From positions 448,001 through 512,000 of the forward strand of contig CAVSIV010000001.1 of NCBI GenBank assembly GCA_963728205.1: 64,000 bases of DNA, read 5' to 3'. The position numbers were made by a program, and so were the translations under genes. How positions within the stretch are numbered: position 1 is the first letter of the stretch; the number at the start of each line of letters is the position of its first letter. Positions 9,034 through 18,004 of this stretch are shown one piece after another. The notes under the pieces are model-generated. The model saw only the letters and a program-made list of their open reading frames with translations, was not told where the DNA came from and made no database searches. The DNA comes from an uncultured Chloroflexia bacterium (lineage in GTDB: Bacteria > Chloroflexota > Dehalococcoidia > UBA2979).

Positions 9034-10401
9034 ATGGCGACGTTCCACATCTGGACGCTCGGCTGCCAGATGAACCAGGCCGACTCGCTCAAGCTCGCCG
9101 CCGGCCTCGAGCGGCTCGGCTACCGCGCGACCGACTCCGAGGACGACGCCGACCTCGTCGTCATCAACACCTGCGCCGTCCGGCAGCACGCCGAGGACCG
9201 CGCCTACTCGCGGCTCGGCGTCCTCCGCAAGCGACGCGAGCAGGGCGCGGCGACGAAGATCGCCGTCATGGGCTGCATGGTCGGCCCGAAGACCGACGAC
9301 CTCGCGCGCCGCTTCCCGCAGGTCGACGCCTGGGCGCGCCCCCAGCAGTTCGACCCGATCCTGCGCCTCGCCGCGCACGCGACCGCGCCCGGCGACCCCG
9401 ACACCATCCCGCTGCGGGACGTCTCGCAGGGCGAGCTCGGCGCGGACCTCGGCGCGGTCCTCGGGGACGGCATGAGCCGCACGTACGGGCTGCCGACCGG
9501 TCCGACCGCGTACGTCCCGGTCATCCACGGCTGCGACAAGTTCTGCACCTACTGCATCGTTCCGCTGCGGCGTGGCCGCGAGCTGTCGCGTCCCGTCGCC
9601 GACATCCTCCACGAGGTCCGCTTCCTCGCCGACCACGGCGTGCGCGAGATCACGCTGCTGGGCCAGACCATCGAGGCGTACGGCCACGACCTCGCGACCG
9701 CTGACGGCGCGCGTCCCGATCTCGCCACGCTGTTCGAGGGGATCGAGGCGATCGACGGCGTTGCCCGCATGCGCTTCCTCACCTCGTATCCGAAGGACAT
9801 GACCGACCGCATCATCGACGCCGTCGCCGACCTGCCGAAGGTGTGTGAGCACTTCAACATCCCGGTGCAGTCCGGCTCGAACGCGATGCTCGACCGGATG
9901 CGCCGCGGCTACACCGTCGAGGAGTTCGAGGAGCGCGTCGCGCGCATCCGCTCGCGCATGCCCGACGCCGCGATCTCGACGGACGTCATCGTCGGCTGCC
10001 CCGGCGAGACGGAGGCGGAGTTCCAGGAGACCGTCGACCTGCTGGAGCGCGTGCAGTTCAACGTCGTGCACGTCGCCGCCTATTCGCCGCGCCCCGGCAC
10101 GTTCGCCGCGCGCAGGATGCCGGACGACGTGCCCCTCGCGGTGAAGAAGGAGCGGCTGCAGGTCGTGGAGGCGATCCATGCGGCGTCGGCCGCGCGGCAC
10201 AACGAGCGCATGCTCGGCCGCACCGTCGACGTGCTCGTCGAGCGCGAGGAGCAGGGCCGCGCCACCGGTCGCGCGCGCGGCGGGCAGCTCGTTCACTTCG
10301 AGGGCGTGCGCCGTCTCGGCCGCGTCGTCGACGTCACCATCGAGCAGGCCACCCCGTGGTCGCTGCAGGGCCGCCTCGCCGACGCCATCGCGCTGGTGTA
10401 G
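9034..10401 (+). CDS. miaB: tRNA-2-methylthio-N6-isopentenyladenosine synthase (radical SAM)
   Basis: TLGCQMN, NTCAVR, GCDKFCTYCIVP, C-terminal TRAM domain. Confidence 0.93.
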   Translation: MATFHIWTLGCQMNQADSLKLAAGLERLGYRATDSEDDADLVVINTCAVRQHAEDRAYSRLGVLRKRREQGAATKIAVMGCMVGPKTDDLARRFPQVDAWARPQQFDPILRLAAHATAPGDPDTIPLRDVSQGELGADLGAVLGDGMSRTYGLPTGPTAYVPVIHGCDKFCTYCIVPLRRGRELSRPVADILHEVRFLADHGVREITLLGQTIEAYGHDLATADGARPDLATLFEGIEAIDGVARMRFLTSYPKDMTDRIIDAVADLPKVCEHFNIPVQSGSNAMLDRMRRGYTVEEFEERVARIRSRMPDAAISTDVIVGCPGETEAEFQETVDLLERVQFNVVHVAAYSPRPGTFAARRMPDDVPLAVKKERLQVVEAIHAASAARHNERMLGRTVDVLVEREEQGRATGRARGGQLVHFEGVRRLGRVVDVTIEQATPWSLQGRLADAIALV

Positions 10402-10445
10402 GTCGCGCGGCGCTCGCGGTGGCGGGCGGTTGCGGGGCCCGTGCT

Positions 10446-10530
10446 TCGTGGTTCGACTTCGCTCACCACGAACGGTCGGCAGAGGGGGTGCGGCGGCGTC
10501 CCGTTCGTGGTGAGCGAAGTCGAACCACGA
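10446..10530. repeat. REP-doublet-like element with 30-bp perfect inverted repeat
   Basis: TCGTGGTTCGACTTCGCTCACCACGAACGG (10446-10475) / exact complement (10501-10530). Confidence 0.9.
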
Positions 10531-10548
10531 ACCTGTATGTTCGATCCC

Positions 10549-11190
10549 ATGGGGAGCGGACCGCTCGTCGCCACCATCGTCGTCATCTTCAGCGTGCTCG
10601 ACGGCTCGCTGCAGGTGCTGCTCGTGCACCGGTCGTCCGACCCCGAGCACGGCAAGTGGGCGTTGCCCGGAGGGCGCTGGGACGGCTCGGAGTCCCTCGA
10701 GGCCTCCGCCACCCGCAAGCTCGTCGAGGAGACCGGTGCCCGCGGCGTCTACCTCGAGCAGCTCTTCACGCTGAGCGACCTCGACGCCAGCCGCGACGCC
10801 ACCGTCGCCGTCGCCTACTTCGCGCTCGTCGAAGCGTCGCGCGTGCGGCTGCGCGAGGAGGAGGAGTGGCTGCCGCAGTGGCACCGCGTGGACGCGCTGC
10901 CGGACCTCGCGTTCCACAACAACCAGGTGATCGACCAGGCCGTCGAGCGCGTCGGCGCGAAGCTCGACTACACGAACATCGCCTACGGCTTGCTGCCCGA
11001 CCAGTTCACGCTGCGCGAGCTGCAGACCACCTACGAGGCGATCCTGCGCGACTCGCTCGACCGCCGGAACTTCCGCAAGCGCATGATCTCGACCGGGCTC
11101 ATCGAGCCGACCGGCGAGCACCGCCGCGAGGGGGCACACCGCCCCGCGCTCCTCTACCGATTCACGAGCCGCGAACCCGTATTCCTGTAG
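10549..11190 (+). CDS. nrtR: NrtR-family regulator (Nudix-like plus winged HTH); alternative start 10537
   Basis: WALPGG..ES...A.RKL.EETG, YLEQLFT, LAF, FTLRELQ..YE.IL...LDRRNFRK, HRPALLY. Confidence 0.9.
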   Translation: MGSGPLVATIVVIFSVLDGSLQVLLVHRSSDPEHGKWALPGGRWDGSESLEASATRKLVEETGARGVYLEQLFTLSDLDASRDATVAVAYFALVEASRVRLREEEEWLPQWHRVDALPDLAFHNNQVIDQAVERVGAKLDYTNIAYGLLPDQFTLRELQTTYEAILRDSLDRRNFRKRMISTGLIEPTGEHRREGAHRPALLYRFTSREPVFL

Positions 11191-11240
11191 GGGCCGGGGT
11201 CCCGGTCCAGATGCTCGTCAACTGGTAGATCTGCGGGAGC

Positions 11241-11263
11241 TGGCAACTTCCGTCGTGTTGCCA
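11241..11263. promoter_or_regulatory. Putative TA autoregulatory operator
   Basis: TGGCAAC-N9-GTTGCCA upstream of antitoxin. Confidence 0.5.
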
Positions 11264-11313
11264 CATTTGCTAACATCTGCTGCCTGAGCCTGCATCCGAG
11301 ATCGGAGGGGGTC

Positions 11314-11598
11314 GTGGCAGAGTCCGCGCCCGTTCAGGAGGCCACGGCGCACACGCGGGTGGACGGGCAGGGCCGCGTCCTGATCCCCGCTGACATGCGG
11401 CGCGCGCTGGGCCTGAAGGAGGGGGATCGGGTCACGCTGGTGCTCGAAGACGGCGGCCTGACGCTGCTGACCGCTCGGGAGTCCGTGCGGCGGGTGCGAG
11501 AGGCGTTCGCCCCGTATCTCACGCCGGGGACGTCGCTCGTGGACGATCTGCTCGCAGATCGCCGCGCGGAGGTGGAGCGGGAAGCGGGCGGCTCGTGA
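11314..11598 (+). CDS. AbrB/MazE-type antitoxin (VapB-like)
   Basis: VDGQGRVLIPADMRRALGLKEGD swapped-hairpin motif. Confidence 0.9.
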   Translation: MAESAPVQEATAHTRVDGQGRVLIPADMRRALGLKEGDRVTLVLEDGGLTLLTARESVRRVREAFAPYLTPGTSLVDDLLADRRAEVEREAGGS

Positions 11599-11608
11599 TT
11601 CCGCCCGC

Positions 11609-12007
11609 GTGGTCGCGTTGAGCGAGGTCGTCCTGGACGCCTCTGCGGTCCTCGCGGTGATCGCGGGGGAGCCGGGCGCTGACGTGGTGCTGGCCGCGGC
11701 CGAGTCGTCCGACGCCCTGGTCGGCGCCGTCAACCTCGCGGAGGTGGCGACGAAGCTGATCGAACGCGGCGTGGACCGTGCGCTGGCCGAGACGCAGATC
11801 GGGCGGCTGCCGTTCGCGTGCGTCGCCTTCGATCAGCGGCTCGCATACGTGGCGGGCGAACTGCGAGCGGCGACGCGGGATCGCGGGCTCTCGCTCGGGG
11901 ATCGCGCCTGCCTTGCGCTCGCGGTCGAGCGCGGCGCGAAGGCGCTCACGGCCGACCGTGCATGGGATGCGCTCGACGTCGGCGTGCCGATCGATGTGAT
12001 TCGCTAG
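11609..12007 (+). CDS. PIN-domain VapC toxin (start may be TTG 11618)
   Basis: VLDASA, VNLAEV, GLSLGDRACLALA, LTADRAW. Confidence 0.92.
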   Translation: MVALSEVVLDASAVLAVIAGEPGADVVLAAAESSDALVGAVNLAEVATKLIERGVDRALAETQIGRLPFACVAFDQRLAYVAGELRAATRDRGLSLGDRACLALAVERGAKALTADRAWDALDVGVPIDVIR

Positions 12008-12174
12008 CCATCGGCCCATGCGCGCCGGCCGGGTCGCCGTCGCCGGTTTCCTGTAGGCTCGGACCCGCCCGCGTGGCCACGACGCCCGCTGGAACGGAGA
12101 TCCATCGTGTCCGCTCTCCCCGACATCGCCGCGCCTGCCGCGACGCGCGCGCTCCGGATGCGGGTTCGCCGGTC

Positions 12175-13119
12175 GTGACGGATCGCCCGCTCTCGTTCGG
12201 CGTGCTGCCCGGCGGCTCGACGCCCGAGGAGTTCCTGGCCGGCGCGCAGACGGCCGAGGCGCTCGGCTTCGACTCCGTCTGGGTTGGCGATCACGTGCTG
12301 TGGCACGTCTTCTGGCTCGAGCCGATGTCGCTGCTCGCGGCCGCTTCCGCCGTGACCGAGCGCGTCGCGCTGGGCACGGGGGTGCTGCTCGCGGCGCTCC
12401 GCCGCGCCGCGCCGCTCGCCAAGCGCACCGCCACCATGCAGTGGCTCTCCCACGGCCGGTTCCGGCTCGGCGTCGGCACCGGCGGTGAGTACCCGAAGGA
12501 GTTCGAGGCGTCGGGCGTCCCGCTGCACCAGCGCGGCGCCTATCTCGACGCCACGCTCGAGGCGCTGCAGGCCCTGTGGTCCGGCGAGAAAGTGTCGATC
12601 CACAATCGCGCGATCGACGTCGACGACGCCCGGCTCGACGTCGTTCCCGACGTGCCCATCCCGATCTGGGTGGGCGGGCGTGCCGAGGCGGCGCAGGTGC
12701 GCGCCGCTCGCTTCGGCGACGCCTGGATGCCGTTCGTGATCACGCCCGAGCACTTCGCCGCGGGCTGGGCGCGCGTGCGCGACGAGGCCGAGCGCCGCGG
12801 CCGCGATCCCGACCTGCTGATTCCCGGCGTCCAGATGTGGGGCCAGTTCGACGCCGACTTCGCCGAGGCGCTCGGAACCATGGCCGCACGCATCGAGGCG
12901 ACGTACCGGACCCCCTTCGAGCGGTTCGAGCGCTTCACCGTCTACGGCGACGCCGACATGTGGGACGCGCGCCTGCGCGAGTTCATCGACGCCGGCGTTC
13001 GTCACTTCAACTTCGTGTTCGCCGGCGGCGACCGCGTCGCCCAGCTCACTCACGTCGCGACGGAGGTCGTGCCGCGCCTGCAGGCGGATCACGGCGAGCG
13101 GTCGCAGCCGAGCGCCTGA
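12175..13119 (+). CDS. LLM-class flavin (possibly F420)-dependent oxidoreductase
   Basis: AEALGFDSVWVGDHV, TERVALGTGV, SHGRFRLGVG, IPIWVGG. Confidence 0.9.
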   Translation: MTDRPLSFGVLPGGSTPEEFLAGAQTAEALGFDSVWVGDHVLWHVFWLEPMSLLAAASAVTERVALGTGVLLAALRRAAPLAKRTATMQWLSHGRFRLGVGTGGEYPKEFEASGVPLHQRGAYLDATLEALQALWSGEKVSIHNRAIDVDDARLDVVPDVPIPIWVGGRAEAAQVRAARFGDAWMPFVITPEHFAAGWARVRDEAERRGRDPDLLIPGVQMWGQFDADFAEALGTMAARIEATYRTPFERFERFTVYGDADMWDARLREFIDAGVRHFNFVFAGGDRVAQLTHVATEVVPRLQADHGERSQPSA

Positions 13120-13142
13120 GTCGTCCGCGCGTCGGCAGCCGG

Positions 13143-14006
13143 CTACTGGTCCTGGAGCAGCGCCACGCGCTGCAGCGCCCGCACCCGGCCTTCGAGCCAT
13201 TCGTCGCCGCCGAGCCGATCGAGCGCGAGGAGCAGCGGTTCCACGAGCCAGCGCGCCGACGCCGGCGGCGGCTGCATGGGCTCGAACTCCGTGCCGAAGC
13301 CGCGCGTCTGCGCGGCGAGTCGCGCCGCGAGCACCAGCGCGGGAAGGCTGCGGCGCGTGTGCGCGACGTCCTCCGGGCCGACGGCGCCCTCGAGTAGCAC
13401 CTGCACGAGCCAGCCGGGGAATCCCCACCGCAGCGCCAGCGCGCTCGCCAGCTCCGCCTCGGCGAAGCCGTAGACGGCGGCCTCTGCCTCCGCCACAGGC
13501 AGACGGCTGTCGCGGACGAGCCGCGCCACCTGAGCGAATCGGTCTGGCGTGTGTTGATCCATGACCAGCCGGCCGATCGCGTGGAAGAACCCGGCGGGAA
13601 AGGCCTCGTCCACGAGCAGCCCGTCCATCATCGCCGACACCGTCGCGAGCGTGCCCACCGCCCCCGCGTACCGCCAGAATTCCAGCGCGTCGAGGTGCGT
13701 CGTCGGCTCCGAGAGCTCCGTGACCGTCGTCGACGCGAGCGAGCCGGAGTGCACGCGTCGAAAGCCGAGGTCGCGCATGGCGCTGGCCGTGTCGGCGATG
13801 GGTGGGATGCCGGCCGTGCCGGAGACGTTCCGGAAGCGCTCGCTCAGCCGCTGGCTGCCGGACTCGACGAGCGTAGCGAGCACCTCGTTCGCGCCGCGGT
13901 CGCGCTCGCGGATCGCGAGGAGCTGCGCGGCGATGCCGCATGTGGGGTGGCGCTCGACGACCTGTGCCGCGAGCCGGTCGAGCTGCGTTGACGGGGGGTC
14001 GGTCAC
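13143..14006 (-). CDS. Stand-alone HDOD-domain protein (divergent)
   Basis: AMRDLGF, FWR, EAFPAGFFHAIGR, WGFP motifs. Confidence 0.8.
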   Translation of the reverse strand: MTDPPSTQLDRLAAQVVERHPTCGIAAQLLAIRERDRGANEVLATLVESGSQRLSERFRNVSGTAGIPPIADTASAMRDLGFRRVHSGSLASTTVTELSEPTTHLDALEFWRYAGAVGTLATVSAMMDGLLVDEAFPAGFFHAIGRLVMDQHTPDRFAQVARLVRDSRLPVAEAEAAVYGFAEAELASALALRWGFPGWLVQVLLEGAVGPEDVAHTRRSLPALVLAARLAAQTRGFGTEFEPMQPPPASARWLVEPLLLALDRLGGDEWLEGRVRALQRVALLQDQ

Positions 14007-14356
14007 GACTGGCTCGGCGAGGACTCCGTGCGGCTGCCGTCGCGAGTGGCGGCCAGGTGGCAGGCACAGGTACAGCGATGCCTGCCGGCGCGAAGGCGGC
14101 CGTCGGGGTCCGGCAGCGCGCCCAGGGCGCGGGTGGGGTTGCTCGCGTGACCGCGGCAGAAGCCGTGGAACGCGGTGGCGGGCTCGCCGCGCCGCTCGCG
14201 CGCGGCGGCGATAGCGCAGGGGAGGAAGAGACGGTCGGTCGCGCGCGGGGCGACCGGGACGATGGAGACGCCCCGGGGCGCGCGAAGCGGCGCCGCAGGT
14301 CGCGCCGGGGTCGGCGCAGGGTGTCGTGGTGGAGCGGGGGCGGCGACGGGGGTCAT
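14003..14356 (-). CDS. Small Cys/His-rich protein with CxCxCH motif
   Basis: GGAGAGG RBS; ...LPC...HGFCRGH...HRCTCACH; stop overlaps HDOD GTG (GTGA). Confidence 0.65.
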   Translation of the reverse strand: MTPVAAPAPPRHPAPTPARPAAPLRAPRGVSIVPVAPRATDRLFLPCAIAAARERRGEPATAFHGFCRGHASNPTRALGALPDPDGRLRAGRHRCTCACHLAATRDGSRTESSPSQS

Positions 14357-14436
14357 CGCGAGCGTGCCTCTCCAGGTTGGGCGAAGGGAGGCAGGGGGCG
14401 CGGACCGGCGCACCCCCCACCATGAGCCGGACGCGG

Positions 14437-14847
14437 CTAGGCCAGCGCGACCGCCGGCTTGTACCACTCGGCGTGATGCCCGGCGACGTGGCTCACGGAC
14501 ACGATCGCCCGGTCCTCCTCGTAGTCGACCGTGAGCCGCACGCGACCCCTGTGCGCGTACTCGAGCGGCTTCTCCGGCGCGACCGACCGCAGCTCGAAGC
14601 CCTTGCCCGAGCCGTCGGCGGCCAGCCACGAGGTCATGATGGTCTGGAACATCGGGTCCGGCATCTCCGCGAACTCGAGGCGGATGAGCTCCGCGATGTC
14701 GGCCGGCGCCTGGGCGGCGAAGGCCCCGATCAGATCCTCGCGGGAGGCGCCGCGGGCAAGGAGCTCGCGAACGAGACCTCGAGTCTCGTCCGCCTGTAGT
14801 TCGGAGGTCGTGAACCCGGTCAGGGTGTAGCAGCCAGTGAGAGACAT
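14437..14847 (-). CDS. Hypothetical protein, 136 aa
   Basis: Globular-looking ORF, GGAAGG upstream; no recognised family. Confidence 0.7.
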   Translation of the reverse strand: MSLTGCYTLTGFTTSELQADETRGLVRELLARGASREDLIGAFAAQAPADIAELIRLEFAEMPDPMFQTIMTSWLAADGSGKGFELRSVAPEKPLEYAHRGRVRLTVDYEEDRAIVSVSHVAGHHAEWYKPAVALA

Positions 14848-14926
14848 CTCAAGCCCTTCCGCTGTAAGCGATTGGCAGGAGATTGCCGCACTGGGGGATT
14901 CCCAACGACCGTCAGATGACGTATCA

Positions 14927-16552
14927 ATGGAGCTACGTATTCGTGGGGCCGGAGCCGTGACAGTCGATATCTCCGACGCTGCTCACCAGCTGCTGAGCGC
15001 CCCCGTAGGCGATGTCTCGAGTACGCCGAGCGTGCCGTCAAGTCGCTGCGCCAGATTGGCGATCCTCGATCTTGGGGTCAGGTCTACGAACTCGGGCTCC
15101 GTGAAGCATATCGCCAACACGATATGGACGGGCTTGCGTCTGTCGTATCGCTTGCCGTCATGCGAGCGGACGCAGATGGGCGGCTCGACCAGGCGATTGC
15201 CCATATCGACTTCGCCCTCGCGATGGCGGATGGGATGCCGGATGCTGACACGATCCTTCACAGCATTAAGGCCCCGTACCTCGTTGCCCAAGGAGACTTC
15301 GAATCAGCGGCTGAGTCGCTCGCCGCGGCCTCGCGCGCAAATGCCAAGGCTCGCAGCAACCGATCGCACGCGGAATACATCGACAGTCATCCGTTACGGC
15401 GTGCTGTCGCGCTCGATGTCGAACGAGTCACGGAAGTGCGCCGAGCGGTGGGCAGTCTTGAGCAACTGGGGGATCATCGGCTCGCCGTCTTAGTCATGTC
15501 CTGGCTCATCCCGCTCATGTTCGCCGTAGGGGAGCGGGACGCGGCACAGCCTTGGCTGAATGCGCTGCGGATACATGCCGACGAATCTCGGCCATCCCTA
15601 CCGCATGGCAGATGTGCTGGCCTTCGAACTCGCCAGTGCCGGCGACCTGGGGTCCGGCATCAGATCTCGCAGGGGCTCGCGAGCCGCGTGGCCGATCGGC
15701 GAATTGGCTAGCCCGTTACCGGCTGGCGACTCTCCAGGTGCATCAGGCCATTCTGTTGGGGTGCGCCGGAGACCGAACGCGGTCTGTCCATCATCGAACG
15801 GTTGGCGGGCCACTTCGGTGGGGCGTCGACTGAGGCCCTCGCGAACTACAGGGCATTCGTTGCGGCGTGGCGGGCCACGGACGAGTATGTGCCGTCCATC
15901 GTGCCGCCTCGGCCGACGCTCATGAATCTCGGTGGGCTGCTGGCCGCCGCCGAAGCCAGTGGCGATCGCCGGCACGCAGCAGGACGCTGTTCGATGGCTT
16001 GACCTGGCTTGAGCACCGGAATGCCCACGGGCGTGCGCACCGTCGATGGAATGGCCAGTATCAAAGGACCGCGTCGTGGGCCTGCTGCGTGTTCGCGCGG
16101 GGAGCGTCCGCCAGGCTGTGCGCTCATTCCGCGACGCCATCGAGTGGGCGAGCAAAGCGGGCTACGAGGCCGAGGCGGCGCTCGCGCAGGTCCAGCTCGC
16201 CGAAGTGCTTTCGCTGTCCGAGGTCGCCTCTTCGGAGCGCGCCCGCCAGCGCCTCCGTCGCGCTGGATGGATGAAGCTCCAGGAGCTGAACATCGATCCC
16301 ACGCCGCACGCCTACGCCGCGACGCGCGCGCTCGCGCTGCGCGAGGACGTCACGACCCGCCCGCAGCTCACGCCCCGCCAGGTCGAGGTGCTGAGCCTGC
16401 TCGCCGAGGGCATGACGTACAAGGAAGCCGCCGACCGCCTGGGCACCAGCTGGCGCACCGTCTCCACGCAGGCCTACCAGGCCTATGAGCGCCTCGGCGT
16501 CGACGGCAAGCACGAGGCCGTCAAGGTCGCGAAGCAGCTCCAGATCCTGTAG
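14927..16552 (+). pseudogene. LuxR-family regulator with helical N-terminal region; multiply frameshifted (pseudogene or sequencing errors)
   Basis: C-terminal LTPRQVEVLSLLAEGMTYKEAADRLG..RTV HTH intact in 16046-16552; upstream coding-like segments spread over ORFs 14837, 15124, 15560, 15552, 15802, 15867. Confidence 0.75.
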
Positions 16553-16563
16553 CGGCCCGGTGC

Positions 16564-17739
16564 CTAGATCGCGCCGCGGTCGCGCAGCGCCGTGATCTGC
16601 TCCCACGTGTAGCCGAGCCCGAGCAGCGTCTCCTCGGTGTGCTGGCCCAGCTCCGGCGCCGCGCCCTGCACCCGCCCGGGCGTCTCGCTCAGCGTGAACG
16701 GGATGCCCACCGTGCGATGGCGCTCGAAGCCCGGGTGCTCGACGTCCACCAGGTAGCCGTTCTCCCAGAACTGCGGATCCGACTCCACCCCCGCGTAGTC
16801 GTGCACCGGGCCGCACGGCACGTCGCGCGCGATCAGCGCCTCCAGCCAGTGCGCGCGCGGCCGGCCGCGGAACGTGCCGGCGAGCTGGTCGTGCAGCCAG
16901 TCGCGGTGGTCCAGGCGCGCGAACGGCGTCGCGGAACGCTCGTCCGTCAGCAGGTCCGGCCGCCCGGCCGCGTCGCACAGCAGCGGCCAGTGCTTCGGCG
17001 TGAGCACGCCGACGGTGAACCAGCCGCCGTCGCCGCCTTCGTAGAACGTGAAGATCGGGTTCACGAACCGCCGGCCCTGCGTCCCCGTGTGCAGGTAGCC
17101 GACGAGGCTCAGCGCCTGCAGCGTCGTCATCGCGCCGAGCTGCGAGACGTCGAGCCGCTGCCCCACCCCGTGCCGCTCGCGCGCCAGCAGCGCCGCCATG
17201 ATCCCGTACGCGAACACCATGCTGCCCACCTGGTCGGCGAGCCCCCATGGGATCTGCACCGGCTCGCACCCGGGCCCGCCGCCCTGCGCGATCATCGCCC
17301 CCGACATCCCCTGCGCGACGATGTCGAACGACCCGCGCGGCGACCACTCGCCCTTCGGCCCGAACCCGCTGTTCACCGCGTAGATCAGCTGCGGGTTGTG
17401 CTTGCGCAACTCCTCGTAGCCGAAGCCCAGCCCGTCCATCAGGCCGGGCCGGAAGTTCTCGGTCACCACGTCGGCATCCTCGACGAGCCGGTACACGATC
17501 CGCTTCGCCTCCGGGTCGTCGAGGTCGAGCGTGATGCTCCGCTTGCCGCGGTCGAATGCCTCGAAGTAGGCGCAGAACCCGTCGGGCCGCCGCCCGAGCG
17601 AGCGCCCCGGATCACCCTCGCCCGGCCGCTCGACCTTGAGCACGTCGGCGCCCATGTCGGACAGCATCACCGTCGCATGCGGACCGTTCTGGAAGCGGGT
17701 GAAGTCGAGGACCTTGATCCCCTCGAGCGGTGCAGGCAC
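16564..17739 (-). CDS. Class III (CaiB/BaiF) CoA-transferase
   Basis: PLEGIKVLD, GADVLKVERP, ADVVTENFRPG, SGFG, catalytic Asp in LADQVG, APELGQHT. Confidence 0.93.
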   Translation of the reverse strand: MPAPLEGIKVLDFTRFQNGPHATVMLSDMGADVLKVERPGEGDPGRSLGRRPDGFCAYFEAFDRGKRSITLDLDDPEAKRIVYRLVEDADVVTENFRPGLMDGLGFGYEELRKHNPQLIYAVNSGFGPKGEWSPRGSFDIVAQGMSGAMIAQGGGPGCEPVQIPWGLADQVGSMVFAYGIMAALLARERHGVGQRLDVSQLGAMTTLQALSLVGYLHTGTQGRRFVNPIFTFYEGGDGGWFTVGVLTPKHWPLLCDAAGRPDLLTDERSATPFARLDHRDWLHDQLAGTFRGRPRAHWLEALIARDVPCGPVHDYAGVESDPQFWENGYLVDVEHPGFERHRTVGIPFTLSETPGRVQGAAPELGQHTEETLLGLGYTWEQITALRDRGAI

Positions 17740-17915
17740 GGGGCGCTCCCTTCCTCGACGGCCATAACGAACGTGCGCATCATACGAGAACGCGACCTCG
17801 CGCCGGCGCGTGGGTGGCACGGGCGCGCGCGGCAGCGGCGGGCGAGGTGCGGCTCCCCGCATCGGGGACCGTCGGCAAATCTGGAGTGACCCCGCGACCG
17901 GGCGTCGCGAAGTCG

Positions 17916-17980
17916 TTGACTCCCTGGAGCCCTTTGCGTAGGCTAGACGCAACTCGACTTTGCGTATCGATTACGCAAAG
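17916..17980 (+). promoter_or_regulatory. nadA promoter with two NrtR-type operators
   Basis: TTGACT-N17-TAGGCT; palindromes TTGCGT-N7-ACGCAA (17934-17952) and CTTTGCGTA-N5-TACGCAAAG (17958-17980), both GT-N7-AC. Confidence 0.85.
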
Positions 17981-18004
17981 TGAGAAAACTCAAAGGCAGC
18001 CCCG

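Noticed and set aside
9034-10401. MtaB or RimO instead of MiaB, given the adjacent tRNA-Ser(GCT)
   Set aside because: GCQMN and surrounding motifs are MiaB-type
10529-10542. LexA box upstream of nrtR
   Set aside because: GAAC-N6-GTTC has the wrong spacing and overlaps the repeat arm
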